From an uncultured archaeon (GTDB lineage: Archaea; Thermoplasmatota; Thermoplasmata; Thermoplasmatales; Thermoplasmataceae): a stretch of 64,000 nt of DNA. The DNA is taken from the NCBI GenBank assembly GCA_000965745.1, contig CP009479.1, forward strand, positions 672,001 through 736,000, read 5' to 3'. The position numbers and the translations under genes were made by a program. Below are positions 1 through 11,166 of the stretch, in pieces (within the stretch, counting starts at the first letter, position 1; each line of letters opens with the position of its first letter). The notes under the pieces are model-generated. The model saw only the letters and a list, made by a program, of their open reading frames with translations. It was not told the origin of the DNA and searched no databases.

Positions 1-293
1 ATTCCGGATGCGACCAAGACCGTTTCCGGAATACTGCCAGAAAGAAGAGCTTCAGGACCCGGAACCGTGGAGTAGTAGTTTACATTGCCGTTGATGACCT
101 TTGAGCTGTTCAGGTATTCTGTATATTTGACGTAGTACTTCCCGCCTGCTGCAGTGGAGGCCATATAGTCTGAAGCGTTGACACTACTGGTGTCATTCCT
201 GCCGTTTCCGGTGTGCATAATGAGCGGTAGAATCATGCCCGATGCCATTATCAGCACGATTATCAGAGGAGCCAGCCTCATCAGATCTGGCAT
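1..293 (-). CDS. Secreted/surface protein, N-terminal part (runs off the window start)
   Basis: Manual translation from ATG at 293: MPDLMRLAPLIIVLIMASGMILPLIMHTGNGRNDTSSVNAS..., a hydrophobic signal/anchor then Asn/Ser/Tyr-rich sequence; open to position 1. Confidence 0.65.
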   Translation of the reverse strand, partial: MPDLMRLAPLIIVLIMASGMILPLIMHTGNGRNDTSSVNASDYMASTAAGGKYYVKYTEYLNSSKVINGNVNYYSTVPGPEALLSGSIPETVLVASG

Positions 294-375
294 TGCTTCA
301 ATATATTTTAACCCGAAGAGAATGTATGGATTTTTTATTCATAATAGTTGATAAACCCTGAAGTACTGGAAATCT

Positions 376-897
376 ATGATTCCAGATTATGAAAAAGTAC
401 TGTCTATATTCCCGACCTTCTTTTTCATAGTCATGTTTCTGATAATGAGTGCCCTGTATTACAACAGGTACCACACTGAAGAATCCGACGAGAAAGCTAC
501 CAGGCATTTCAGGGACTACATCGCAATTATGAACAGCCAGTCGGTTCTGATTTCATCGATTAATGGCATGATCCTGATAATCCTTTACAACCAGCTCATG
601 GTTGGTGTAACTCTTCTCCTGATCACCCAGGCACTTGCCACATACGTTTTCGTCTCGCTGTATATGAAGTCTCACTACGATTCCCTGTTTTTCCTCATCT
701 TTTCGGTTCTTGCATACGTGTTTGAGTTTCTATACTTTCTGTTCGCAGGCATTCAGACAGAAATATTCGGCAGATCAATGGGTGGCCTTGAAGTCGCCCT
801 TATAGTGTTCGTAATAATCATCGCAGTCCTGTCCCTGATCCTGGCATCACTTGCTGCGTATGTTAACAGAACTTCATCGGACGACGGTATATACTGA
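376..897 (+). CDS. Hypothetical multi-pass membrane protein
   Basis: 173-aa ORF with about 5 hydrophobic segments. Confidence 0.75.
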   Translation: MIPDYEKVLSIFPTFFFIVMFLIMSALYYNRYHTEESDEKATRHFRDYIAIMNSQSVLISSINGMILIILYNQLMVGVTLLLITQALATYVFVSLYMKSHYDSLFFLIFSVLAYVFEFLYFLFAGIQTEIFGRSMGGLEVALIVFVIIIAVLSLILASLAAYVNRTSSDDGIY

Positions 898-917
898 AAA
901 AATGGTGGGGTTGGATT

Positions 918-2216
918 TTACTCCCCAGGGTTGAAGAGTTCTATGTAGGAATACGGCTTGTGTTTCCCGAAACAGTATTTTGTCTCCGTGAACCTTGACT
1001 TGAGATCAAGGACCCTGCTCTTCACCTGATCCACCTCCCTGTTGTCAACTATGGCCATAGAGATTATATCAGCAATCTCCTTCATTTCGGAGGGCCCCAT
1101 ACCGATTCTTGTCACTTCCTGGGTGCCTATCCTTATTCCACTCGGGTCCTGTGACTTCTTGTTGTCGTCCCATGGGAGCAGGTTCTTGTTAAGCACAACG
1201 CCGCAGGACTCAAGATACTCCGAGACGTGCCTTCCGCCACCCTGTGCCCTTATATCTGCCACGATGGTATGTGATTTTGTAAAGCCGTGCTTTTCTCCAA
1301 GAACCTTTATCCCGAGTGATGAAAGGGACTCGCCAAGGGCCTGTGCATTTCTTATTGTCTTATCTGCATACTCCGCGCCATACTCTATCTCTTCGGCGAT
1401 TGTCACGCCGAGGGCAGCCATGGAGTTCAGGTGATGGTTGCTCAGCACTCCAGGGAACACTCCTCTCTGAACTTTCTTCCAGGTGTCGTCATCCGTGTTT
1501 CCAAGTATTATGCCATGCTGGGGCCCCGGGAAAGTTTTGTGGGTGCTGCCCGAAATTACATCTGCTCCTTCTCTCAATGGGTCCTGGAACTTTCCTCCGG
1601 CAATCAGGCCAAGGACATGGGCAGCATCATACCATACTTTTGTTCCAACTTCCTTGAAGGCCTCATTCAATTCTTTCAGAGGCTCAGGGAAGAGAAAGAC
1701 TGATTTTCCGAAAAGGCACAGTTTTGGCTTCTCCTTCTTGATCAGTTTTATCGAACCGTCAATGTCAATGTTCATATCATCAACATCAAAGGGGTAGTTG
1801 AACAGGTTCAGCCCCCTCAGGCCAACTGCACCGAATTTTGCAGCACTGATGTGGCCTCCGCCTGAAAGTGGCGGGGCAGTGATTGTGTCCCCGGGTTTGG
1901 ACAGTCCGAAAAGGATTGCTGTATTGGCATTTGTGCCAGATACCGGCCTCGGGTCTGCCTGCTTGGCGTTGAAAAGCCTCTTGGCAAGGTCGATTGTCAG
2001 GTCTTCAACCTGGTCAACATAATAATTGCCCTGGTAGTACCTGTGGTGCGGGAGTCCCTCTGCATACCTGGAGCCAAAATCCGTGACCAGCATCTCCATG
2101 GCAAGAGGGCTCATTATATTCTCAGAAGCTATGAGTGGGATGCTTTCCTCAAAAAATTTGTTGTGTTTTACCGCAAGATCTCTAATCTTAAGTGCCTCGT
2201 CATAAGGATTGCTCAT
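918..2216 (-). CDS. glyA: Serine hydroxymethyltransferase
   Basis: LIASEN, YAEGLP..RYYQG, GGHISA and PLP lysine motif GSTHKTFPGPQHG. Confidence 0.97.
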   Translation of the reverse strand: MSNPYDEALKIRDLAVKHNKFFEESIPLIASENIMSPLAMEMLVTDFGSRYAEGLPHHRYYQGNYYVDQVEDLTIDLAKRLFNAKQADPRPVSGTNANTAILFGLSKPGDTITAPPLSGGGHISAAKFGAVGLRGLNLFNYPFDVDDMNIDIDGSIKLIKKEKPKLCLFGKSVFLFPEPLKELNEAFKEVGTKVWYDAAHVLGLIAGGKFQDPLREGADVISGSTHKTFPGPQHGIILGNTDDDTWKKVQRGVFPGVLSNHHLNSMAALGVTIAEEIEYGAEYADKTIRNAQALGESLSSLGIKVLGEKHGFTKSHTIVADIRAQGGGRHVSEYLESCGVVLNKNLLPWDDNKKSQDPSGIRIGTQEVTRIGMGPSEMKEIADIISMAIVDNREVDQVKSRVLDLKSRFTETKYCFGKHKPYSYIELFNPGE

Positions 2217-2975
2217 GGATAGTCATCTTGTGAGCATATTTTTACGTTCCGCAATCGTTATAGTTCGAAATGTGAAATGTTTGGTCAAAAACCCTAAGTC
2301 TAAGTAATCTTTGGTATAACGTTCTATTTTTTATGTTGCGCCACAAGGCAGGATCATTGTCACTTTCCCAGTAGTAATCAAATCTGCACTTACATCTCCG
2401 AAATCTTCCACAAGTCCCTGGAAAAAGGAATCAAAGTGAGGTCATAATCCTAAGATATTACAGGTGTTTATCGCTTACATACTGTTTTTATACAATAAAA
2501 GTCAAAGAAATATCTCTTGCCGCCATCATTTATTTCCAGGTCAATTGTCGCGTTCCATTCATTTAAAGTTGAATTTGTGGTATCACAATCAAATTCACCT
2601 CCAATCGGCGGGTAGATATATGTCTAGTTGTTGATTTCTATATGGACAGGAAACTGAAAACACTCATTGCCATAACCGGTGCAGCACTGTTAACTGCACC
2701 ATTGAATTATCTCAATGTTACCAGGATGTTTCGATGACATTCTGGATGCACAATTTTCTTTTTGAAATCAGGGTCATAGCAATGGAATCCCACGGAAAGT
2801 AATTTCTGCCTTTCTGAGGGCATTTGGATTATTGCTCCATGAACAAGGTTCCTTGATCTGTATTCATGGCTCAGCCTTTTCTCTTACACGAAACCGGTTA
2901 ATTTGGGTCAGTTTTTGTTCTATGCAAAATAAAGCTGTAAGCGGAAAATGGAGAAATGTTGGAAAAATTTCCTCC

Positions 2976-3932
2976 TTATTTTCCTATTATATCCACCAGG
3001 TCAGTCAAAGCAGCCTGTGCTGTCTCAACTCTCCCTGCTCCAGGTCCGGCTACAGTCACCTCTCCCAGTGTATCGGTGTCAAACTGGATTGCATTTGTAA
3101 CTCCTGTCACATGGTAGAGAAGGTCTGTTTCGTCGAGTTTCACTGGCCTTACGTATGCATCATTCTTGTCGGCGTATCCTATCAGCTTGTAACCCTTCCT
3201 GTCCCTCGAATCCTTCAGGGACCTTATTCCCTCGATCCTGACATCAGAGAAGGTTCGTTTCCATCCGAACAGGCTGCTGAGTATCGCAACCTTCGCTCCT
3301 GCATCATACCCGTCAACATCGTTAGTTGGGTCTGCTTCAGCATAGCCTTTGCTCTGCGCTTCCTGCAGAGCCTTGTCGAAGTTCTCTCCAGCATCGAGCC
3401 TTGAGAGTATGAAATTGGTCGTCCCGTTGAAAATTCCCCTTACAGACTTTACCTCACTTCCAGGAAGGAGATCCATAACATTGAATGAAGGGGTTCCGGC
3501 CATCACAGTGCCCTTGATCCTGAGATTCCTTCCATTCTTGTCGGCCAGTTCCTTCAGCTCATTGTAGAATAGTGCTATTGGTCCCTTATTGGTTGTTATC
3601 ACGTCTTTTCCTGTTGTCAGAGCTTTTCTTATATGGGACACTCCAGGCTCTCCATCCTTGAAATTTACCCAGGTAAACTCGCAAACGATATCTGCATCTG
3701 ATTTCTGTATGATATCAAGAACATCAATTTTGGAACCATCTTCAACCGGTTTGAGGTTTGAAATAAGATCATCCTGGGGATTGACAATATGCCCGTATTT
3801 CAGATCTACAATCTCACTGATGCTTACATTATCAAGAGCAAGTGACTTTTTCTTGCTGTTGAACAGCTCAAAGAAACCCTGGCCAACTGTCCCGAATCCG
3901 AGAATTGCCACCTTAACATTATCTGAAGACAT
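2976..3932 (-). CDS. hom: Homoserine dehydrogenase (no ACT domain)
   Basis: GFGTVG Rossmann motif, TTNKGP, GIFNGTTNFIL, GYAEADPTNDVDGYDAGAK, GPGAG. Confidence 0.92.
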   Translation of the reverse strand: MSSDNVKVAILGFGTVGQGFFELFNSKKKSLALDNVSISEIVDLKYGHIVNPQDDLISNLKPVEDGSKIDVLDIIQKSDADIVCEFTWVNFKDGEPGVSHIRKALTTGKDVITTNKGPIALFYNELKELADKNGRNLRIKGTVMAGTPSFNVMDLLPGSEVKSVRGIFNGTTNFILSRLDAGENFDKALQEAQSKGYAEADPTNDVDGYDAGAKVAILSSLFGWKRTFSDVRIEGIRSLKDSRDRKGYKLIGYADKNDAYVRPVKLDETDLLYHVTGVTNAIQFDTDTLGEVTVAGPGAGRVETAQAALTDLVDIIGK

Positions 3933-4181
3933 GAGCAATTTATTCTATTCAATTTATTAAATTTAGCTCTGCCTTGACCGTAATAATTTGAATATGGCAA
4001 AGGTCCTTTTGAATTCTTTTGGCAAATTGGGTTATTTTCCGACAAATTTTCAAGACAGGGAGGCAAATAGATTCAACTTGACTTATGAAAGATTAAAAGC
4101 CCGACAAAGGGCTGGATAGGTCCGTGAAGAAGAACAGTGAGTCACGACAAAGACTAAATATGGTGCGGGCGTTGCGATAGC

Positions 4182-4547
4182 ATGGCAAACGCAACCAAGA
4201 CGAGCTGGGATGGTGTCGAGTCGGAACAGCTTTCAGAAACAATTTCCAGGAAATTTATACACGGAGAGAAAGTGATGGTGGCTGAGATAAGGCTGAAGAA
4301 GGGTACCGTTGTTCCTGAGCATCACCACGAAAGTGAGCAGGTCACATGGATAATGAAGGGAGAACTTATCTTTGAAATAGATGGAAAGGAGATAAGCGTA
4401 AAAGCTGGAGAAGTTCTGGTTATACCCTCAAACAAGCCTCACAAGGCAACGGCCGTCGAGGACACAATAGATATGGATCTGTTCAGTCCCATAAGGCAGG
4501 ACTGGATCACAGGAAATGACCAGTATCTAAGAGGAAAGCAGGCTTAA
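4182..4547 (+). CDS. Cupin-domain protein
   Basis: PEHHHESEQ...G and IPSNKPH cupin motifs. Confidence 0.9.
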   Translation: MANATKTSWDGVESEQLSETISRKFIHGEKVMVAEIRLKKGTVVPEHHHESEQVTWIMKGELIFEIDGKEISVKAGEVLVIPSNKPHKATAVEDTIDMDLFSPIRQDWITGNDQYLRGKQA

Positions 4548-5047
4548 ACCTGCTTTACATCTGTTTTTATAGCATGGGAAATTGAATAAAGGGCGGGACA
4601 TCTTCTGGACGCCTTAAGAATTTCCTCAATATCCTTGTCAGACTCAACTTCCAGTTTCAGTTCCTTTATCAGTGGCTCATCACTGTCAGTAAGCATTGGC
4701 CCTATGTCATAGTAAAGGTGCCCCTTTATCTTCAATTTTCCAAGTTTTACGCCCCTTCTGCCAGCCTGTATCACCACTGTTGATGCGAAGCAGGACATTA
4801 CACCAAACATGAGGTAATTCAGCGGTGTTGCATGAACTCCCCTTCCACCGAGCAGTCCGGGTTCATCCGCCCCCATGGTGAATTTAGCCTTTTCCGACAT
4901 CAGTTCTGCAGTAAACATTGGGCTCCCTTCAAAATGAAACTCGCCCTCTATGTGCTTCTCTACGTCAAAATGCCCATTGTTTTCCTCAGCTTTCCTGGCT
5001 GTGCTGTCTACTATGGTTAAATCTACATTATTCACAAGTTCTGCCAT
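4544..5047 (-). CDS. OsmC-family protein
   Basis: ADEPGLLGG..ATP, SCF and RCP two-Cys pattern. Confidence 0.8.
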   Translation of the reverse strand: MAELVNNVDLTIVDSTARKAEENNGHFDVEKHIEGEFHFEGSPMFTAELMSEKAKFTMGADEPGLLGGRGVHATPLNYLMFGVMSCFASTVVIQAGRRGVKLGKLKIKGHLYYDIGPMLTDSDEPLIKELKLEVESDKDIEEILKASRRCPALYSISHAIKTDVKQV

Positions 5048-5177
5048 ATAAAATCACATGCAATCTAAATCTCCAGCCTATTTAAAAGTTGTTTAGAAAT
5101 AATGAATGTGAAATACACGTTTCACCGATTTTTTTAAAAAAATGACAGAATGATCGTGGAAAAATTGGGGAAAGAGG

Positions 5178-6386
5178 TTAGCTCTTCCTCTTCTTGTTGA
5201 GGAATTCTGCAAGCCTCTTCATTCCCTCATCAACGGCATCATCAGATGTTGCGAATGAGATCCTAATGTAATTCTTCCCGGATTCTCCGAACAGGTATCC
5301 CGGCATAACCCCAACTTTGTAGTCTCTAAGCAGTCCTGATGAGACTTCTTTGCCGGTCATTCCCGATCCTGAAACGTCTATCCACCCATAGAATGTTCCC
5401 TGGGGAGCTACTATGGACATTACCGACTGGTTGTCGTTTATGTATTTCAGAACCATGTCGCGCCTCTTTGACCAGGTGGACACCATTGTATTGACGTAAT
5501 CTCTCGATTTCTGGCTCTCCAGTGCTTCAATGGCGGCTTTTTGAGCTACACTTCCAGCACAGACTAGTGTGTATCCGAGCAATGACGTCATCTTCTGAGT
5601 GAGTTCAGGTGATGATGCGGCAAAACCAACTCTCCAGCCCATCATGGCGTATCCCTTCGAAAGGCCGTTCACGGTGACAGTCCTTTCTCGCATTCCCGGC
5701 AGGGAAGCTATGCTGGTGTGCTTGCTGTTACCGTAGAGGATCTTCTCGTAAATTTCATCAGAAACCACTATTATGTTGTTTCTTTCTGCAACTCCTGCTA
5801 TGCCCTCGAGCTCGTCACGCGTGAGAACATGCCCAGTGGGGTTCTGCGGTGTATTAAGTATGAGCATCTTGGTTTTCCCGGTCACTTTCTTCTCAAGATC
5901 CTCTGCGTCGAGCCTGAACCCCTCGTCTTTTCTCTGCGGGACTCTTACTGGAACATTTCCTGCCAACCCCGACAGTATGTGGTAGTGGAACCATGCCGGG
6001 TCCGGGATGAGTATTTCATCTCCCCTGTCCGCGAGGGCAAACAGAAGCAGGAATATTGAAGACGAACTTCCAGGCGAAACTATGATCTCGCTCGGGTCAT
6101 AGTCCAGCTTATTGTCTTCCCTCAGTTTCCTTGAAATCGCTTCCCTTAGGGGAAGTATGCCTGTTGAACTTGTGTAGTGTGTAAAATCCTCGTCCATTGC
6201 TCTCTTGGCCGCCATGTTTACAAAATCGGCAGTCGGAAAATCAGGCTCTCCTGCTGTGAGGCTGATCACATCAGGGGGGAGCCCCAAGGCGAGTTTAAAA
6301 ACCTCATCGTCTATCTGCTGCGCTCTCTGGGATACCTGAAAATTACTTTCCCCGGCTCCTTTCGGTTTTTCGGATACTTTGTCCAT
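5178..6386 (-). CDS. PLP-dependent aminotransferase class I/II (AspC-like)
   Basis: GEPDF, NTPQNPTG, SDEIY, SKGYAMMGWRVG. Confidence 0.93.
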   Translation of the reverse strand: MDKVSEKPKGAGESNFQVSQRAQQIDDEVFKLALGLPPDVISLTAGEPDFPTADFVNMAAKRAMDEDFTHYTSSTGILPLREAISRKLREDNKLDYDPSEIIVSPGSSSSIFLLLFALADRGDEILIPDPAWFHYHILSGLAGNVPVRVPQRKDEGFRLDAEDLEKKVTGKTKMLILNTPQNPTGHVLTRDELEGIAGVAERNNIIVVSDEIYEKILYGNSKHTSIASLPGMRERTVTVNGLSKGYAMMGWRVGFAASSPELTQKMTSLLGYTLVCAGSVAQKAAIEALESQKSRDYVNTMVSTWSKRRDMVLKYINDNQSVMSIVAPQGTFYGWIDVSGSGMTGKEVSSGLLRDYKVGVMPGYLFGESGKNYIRISFATSDDAVDEGMKRLAEFLNKKRKS

Positions 6387-6515
6387 TTCAATCCTCCTCT
6401 GTTATCGATCTTAACTGAAAAATAGGTAAATACTTGTCCATGGAAAATCCGGAAAAATGGATTTTCACGAACAAAAAAATGTTTAGGTGTTTAAATTAAA
6501 AACCTAAAATTAAGA

Positions 6516-8141
6516 TTATGCGAGTTCCTCATCCTCTTTAATCGGAACGAGCCTCTTGACCTTCCTGTTCTTGTGGTATGCAATGCCTGCGTAGTATCCC
6601 CAGTAGTAGAATACCAGTGATACTGCCACGAATATGGCTGTTCCAAAGAACACTCCGTTGTTGGGATACCAGACAGCTAGGTAGAACTGGTCGAAATATG
6701 TCACTGCAAGCATTGCCAGCAGGAATATTGGCAGCCATACACCATACTTGATATCTCCAGGCTGGAGCCCCTTGCCTCTCTGGTATTCTATCAGGAAGAC
6801 AAGGCCCACGAACATTGCAACAACTATGACAAGTGTTGCCTCCCAACCTGACCAGAATACTAGCAGACTGGCTATTGCGAACGAGAATGGTGAAGATATC
6901 TTCACAAGAGGTATCTTGTAAGGCCTCTTCTCATCAGGGAATACTTTCCTGAGGATAGCAACACTCAGCGCACCCGGCATGTATGATATGACGAGCCCGA
7001 CTGCCACAAGGAGTGCAAGAGCCTTGAATGACGGCATGATCAGGATGAATATTATGGATATGATAAGTACAAGCACATTGCTTGCGAACGGGATTCCCAC
7101 TTTGTTCATCTTGCTCAGTGTTGGAGGGAAGAACCTTCCATCTCTGGCGAGATTATGCCCTACTCTTGAACCTCCTCCGAAGAAGAGGACACCATCCTTG
7201 AATGAAGCTATAAGGGTAGCTATAAGAGCGACTATTGCAACTGCCACGAAGGCTGGGCCTGCAAATCCCTTTGCTGCATCAACGTAAGGGCTCGTGTTAA
7301 GGGCAAGTGAAGACCAATCGCCGGTGAAACTGAAACCGCTGCCGCTAGATGAAAGAACACCAAGGAATGCAAGGCTCTCCACGATGTATATGATAGCTAC
7401 TATTATCATGGTTCCGGAAACAGCTCTGGGAATGGATCTTCCCGGATCCTTCACTTCCTCAGCATAGTCTACAGGATGCCTGAACCCTCCATATCCGTAT
7501 ATCGTGGCTGTTATTGCAATGAAGAAACCACTTGCGCCGAGGGGGGCAACTCCTTTCCACTCAACCCTGTTGAAGTTGGCTGGGTTATAGTGAATGAGGA
7601 AAGCCCCGGCGAACACAATGATCAGGATAATCGTCAGTATTGTCATGATATTGTTGATTTGTCCAAGGTGCTTGATCCTGAAGTTATTGATGACGAATAT
7701 GATCAGCAGTGTGATTATCGTGATAATGATACCAAGCGTTGTCAGGTTCCCGTTTGACGCGGTAAGCGGAGCATAGACTGATCCCAGGTAATCCACAAGT
7801 GCCACCACTATGGAAGGCACTGCAAGGGTATATCCGAAGAAATTACCCCATCCATTTAGCACGCCGACCAAGGGACCGTTGCTCTCCAGTGGATAGTAAG
7901 CAAGACCTCCACCCCTGGGCCACATTGTGCCCATTTCCGCATAGATCATAGCAAGGGGATATATCAATATCAACGCAACAATCCAAGCTATGACTCCAGC
8001 CGGCCCACCGTAACCTAACACCTGAACAGGTGAAAAGGCGATAGCAGGTCCGAGAATTGCACCAACTGCCAAGAACATTGCAGTCCATGTGCTCATTTCT
8101 TTCCTGTATCCTGTCTCATTCTTTTTTTGACCTTCAGTCAT
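6516..8141 (-). CDS. APC-family amino acid permease
   Basis: GAILGPAI TM1 motif, PRGGG, YGGF..AEEVKDP; about 14 TM segments; likely start ATG 8141. Confidence 0.9.
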   Translation of the reverse strand: MTEGQKKNETGYRKEMSTWTAMFLAVGAILGPAIAFSPVQVLGYGGPAGVIAWIVALILIYPLAMIYAEMGTMWPRGGGLAYYPLESNGPLVGVLNGWGNFFGYTLAVPSIVVALVDYLGSVYAPLTASNGNLTTLGIIITIITLLIIFVINNFRIKHLGQINNIMTILTIILIIVFAGAFLIHYNPANFNRVEWKGVAPLGASGFFIAITATIYGYGGFRHPVDYAEEVKDPGRSIPRAVSGTMIIVAIIYIVESLAFLGVLSSSGSGFSFTGDWSSLALNTSPYVDAAKGFAGPAFVAVAIVALIATLIASFKDGVLFFGGGSRVGHNLARDGRFFPPTLSKMNKVGIPFASNVLVLIISIIFILIMPSFKALALLVAVGLVISYMPGALSVAILRKVFPDEKRPYKIPLVKISSPFSFAIASLLVFWSGWEATLVIVVAMFVGLVFLIEYQRGKGLQPGDIKYGVWLPIFLLAMLAVTYFDQFYLAVWYPNNGVFFGTAIFVAVSLVFYYWGYYAGIAYHKNRKVKRLVPIKEDEELA

Positions 8142-8599
8142 TTGACTTCCAATGTTATACAATCACATGCTATTTAAAAGTTATTCGCTGAAAACACAGC
8201 ATTTTAGCGATTTTGCCATATTTATTTATAAAAACATGTTTATATGTGTGTATTTTAGAATAAGTTTGTGACGGCTTGCATAATTGCTCTTTCCAACGCC
8301 ATTAAGGAGGATGCATTGGATAGACCCCACACCGTATTATATCTAAATGTTATCATGTCCAATTTCGCATTTCTTGTGTTTTTTTAGAAAAAGTAAAAAT
8401 TATAGTTTTTGGTATTATTGGTAACAATCTAATACTGAAATTACACCTTCTGCGACATGGGTCATTGATAGACATTCTCAAACAGCATATTCCCGCCGAT
8501 TCCACTCGCATTCAAAATGTTCTAATACCCCAATTTTCAAAGGCTGCAGAAAACACATGACAGAAACAAATAATAGCATCCGTACCGATGGGTTTATCC

Positions 8600-9256
8600 A
8601 TGGACATAAAACGAGTAATAGATCTGACAAATGAAGTCAAGACCTTTATGCCGGTATGGCCAAGCGCACCTTTGCCGGAAATAAAGCCAGTAGGTATAGT
8701 CAGCAGGGACAGTTACAACGTAGAGACCATTTCAGCTCTTTCACACAGCGGTACGCACATTGACGCTCCTTACCATTTTGATGAGAAGGGAGATACCGTG
8801 GACAGGATAGACCTTAAGACACTGGTAGGAGAAGGATACTGCCTCATAGTGAAGGAGGACGAAAAGCACGAGATAAAACTCTCCGAGATTAAAGACAAGT
8901 GGAAAAGTGAATACGACGGAAAAATAATACTCCTAAATACCGGCTGGAGCAAAAAGAGAGCATTCACCAAGGAATGGCTATACGAATTTCCCGGCCTCAG
9001 CATGGAAGCTGCGGAATTTCTGTACGACCACAAGATAAAACTTGTTGGTATAGACACTCTTGGAATGGACCCTTACGTCCACGAGGGATTCGACGTGCAC
9101 CACTTCCTTCTGAAGAAAGGAGTAGTTTTCATTGAAGACATGGCCCACCTCGAGGACCTCGAAGAGGGGAAAAAATACTTGATTTCAGCCCTGCCTCTGA
9201 AACTCTACGAGGGGAGCGGTTCAATGGCCAGGGTCGTTGCAATAGAAACGTCTTAG
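8600..9256 (+). CDS. Cyclase family metal hydrolase (kynurenine formamidase KynB-like)
   Basis: HSGTHIDAPYH signature, GIDTLG, IED. Confidence 0.88.
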   Translation: MDIKRVIDLTNEVKTFMPVWPSAPLPEIKPVGIVSRDSYNVETISALSHSGTHIDAPYHFDEKGDTVDRIDLKTLVGEGYCLIVKEDEKHEIKLSEIKDKWKSEYDGKIILLNTGWSKKRAFTKEWLYEFPGLSMEAAEFLYDHKIKLVGIDTLGMDPYVHEGFDVHHFLLKKGVVFIEDMAHLEDLEEGKKYLISALPLKLYEGSGSMARVVAIETS

Positions 9257-9335
9257 GAAAACCCATAATTTATTCCTTTTTTGCACATAAGCGTCTATAG
9301 ACAGACTTTATATAGCACGCTGAAAATCCATATCT

Positions 9336-10124
9336 GTGAAAGGCTTATCAAATAAGGTGGCTCTGATAAGTGCCGCCAGTTCTGGAATAGGGAAGGCAAT
9401 AGCAAAGGTAATGGCATCAGAAGGATGCAAGGTGCACATTTTCTCGCGCGATGAAGAAAAGATTAGGAAAAGTGCAGAGGAAATATCAAAGGAAACTGGA
9501 GGGAAGGTGAAGTACAGTGTAGGAGACCTTAGCAAAACGGAAGATGTAAAAAGGGTACTTTCAGAGGTAAAGAAAGAATCCGGCGAAATCGACTTTCTGA
9601 TCGTCAACTACGGGGACCCGAAAGTTGCACCTTTCATGGACATATCTGAAGAAGAATGGGATACGAGCATAAACATGATAGTAAAAAGCTCGGTCATAAT
9701 GGCAAGAAACGTTCTCCCAGGAATGTCTGAAAAGGGGGATGGGCGCATAGTGTTTGTAACTTCCCTGACAACAAAACAGCCGCTGGAGAATTTTGCCATA
9801 TCAGCTTCACTGAGGGCTGCTGTTGTTAGCCTCTCAAAAGTTCTGTCGATTGAATTTGCTGAGAAGGGGATTACTTCAAACAGCATATCTCAGGGTTACA
9901 TAATGACGCCAAGGCTTGAAAGCATTGCAGAGAAGAACGCAAAGAAATTCAACATATCAGTGGAACAGGCATACGATGCTCTGAAGCAGGGGATTCCCGC
10001 CAAGAGATTCGGAAATCCTGAAGAGATTGGATATCTTGTATCATTCCTGTGTTCCGATGAAGCATCATACATCAACGGGACAAATATTCAGATTGATGGG
10101 GGAGTTGTAAGATTCCCATTCTGA
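9336..10124 (+). CDS. SDR oxidoreductase
   Basis: SAASSGIG, RFGNPEEIG..FLCS..ASYING..IDGG; catalytic Tyr position occupied by Ser (S-x3-R subtype). Confidence 0.9.
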   Translation: MKGLSNKVALISAASSGIGKAIAKVMASEGCKVHIFSRDEEKIRKSAEEISKETGGKVKYSVGDLSKTEDVKRVLSEVKKESGEIDFLIVNYGDPKVAPFMDISEEEWDTSINMIVKSSVIMARNVLPGMSEKGDGRIVFVTSLTTKQPLENFAISASLRAAVVSLSKVLSIEFAEKGITSNSISQGYIMTPRLESIAEKNAKKFNISVEQAYDALKQGIPAKRFGNPEEIGYLVSFLCSDEASYINGTNIQIDGGVVRFPF

Positions 10125-10152
10125 CCCCGCACATTTCAATTTGAGAATAACC

Positions 10153-11043
10153 CTACTTTTTATTCTCGTAATTTTCAAGCCAGTACCTGGCTATCTCTTC
10201 CCGTGTGGCAATCCACACATCCTTTTTTGAAAGCACGTAATCCAGGAACTTGACAAGCGCAGGGAATCTTCCAGGCCTTCCGGACACTCTTATGTGGAAA
10301 GCTGCAGACATCATCTTCGGGACCTCCCTGGACTCTTCATAGAGCACGTCAAACGTGTTAGTTATGTATTCAAGGAACTGGCTGCTTGTGGCAAATCTGT
10401 GCATGGGCGAAAGGAAGTGGAAATCATTTGCATCGGGGGTGTAGGGAACTATCAGAAGCCTGTTGTTCTTGTACTTATGCGGTAGATCATCATCATAGGA
10501 ATCTGAATCGTAAATGAAATTGTCAAACTCTGCCAGAATGTCTATGGTGTTCTCGCTAGGTTCTCTTGCATAAAACCCTACAGGCTTTTTGCCCGTTATG
10601 CGCTCTATTGTCTCCACGGATTTTCTTATCTCTTCCCTCTCCTCTTCATACGTCATCTTGAACGTCTCTGTCCACCTATAACCATGATCGCATATTTCAT
10701 GGCCATCTGAGACGATCATTTTTGCTGCTGCAGGATTCACCTCCAGGGCTTTTGCAGCGGCATAGAATGTTGCTTTCACCTTTTTCTTCTTCAGCAGGTT
10801 AAGGATCCTCCAGATCCCGACTCTCTGCCCGTATTCATAAACCGTTTCCATTCCGACATCTCTGGTGCCCATATCCACGGGACCGAATTCCCCTATGGAT
10901 TCCACAACGCCATCCACAGGGTATGAATGCTCCCCTCCCTCTTCGTAGTTGAAAACTAGTGACAGGGCCAGCGTCTTGCCATCGGGCCATTTGACATCAG
11001 GTGGATTCTGGCCATAACCGATAAAGTCTCTTTCATAGACCAT
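10153..11043 (-). CDS. Polysaccharide deacetylase family, PuuE (allantoinase)-like
   Basis: RDFIGYG..PP..WP, NYEEGGE, YEYGQRVG, HGYRW, YDSDSYDDDLP, GRPGR. Confidence 0.85.
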   Translation of the reverse strand: MVYERDFIGYGQNPPDVKWPDGKTLALSLVFNYEEGGEHSYPVDGVVESIGEFGPVDMGTRDVGMETVYEYGQRVGIWRILNLLKKKKVKATFYAAAKALEVNPAAAKMIVSDGHEICDHGYRWTETFKMTYEEEREEIRKSVETIERITGKKPVGFYAREPSENTIDILAEFDNFIYDSDSYDDDLPHKYKNNRLLIVPYTPDANDFHFLSPMHRFATSSQFLEYITNTFDVLYEESREVPKMMSAAFHIRVSGRPGRFPALVKFLDYVLSKKDVWIATREEIARYWLENYENKK

Positions 11044-11166
11044 GCGATCTAATGTTTTACATGCGATATGAATTTTTGTCCGAAAACTCCTAGAAAAATA
11101 CCGGTGTTTTGAATAAAATGTCAGAAAAAATATGGTCTGGTTTAATTAACATGTGCTTAATTAATC

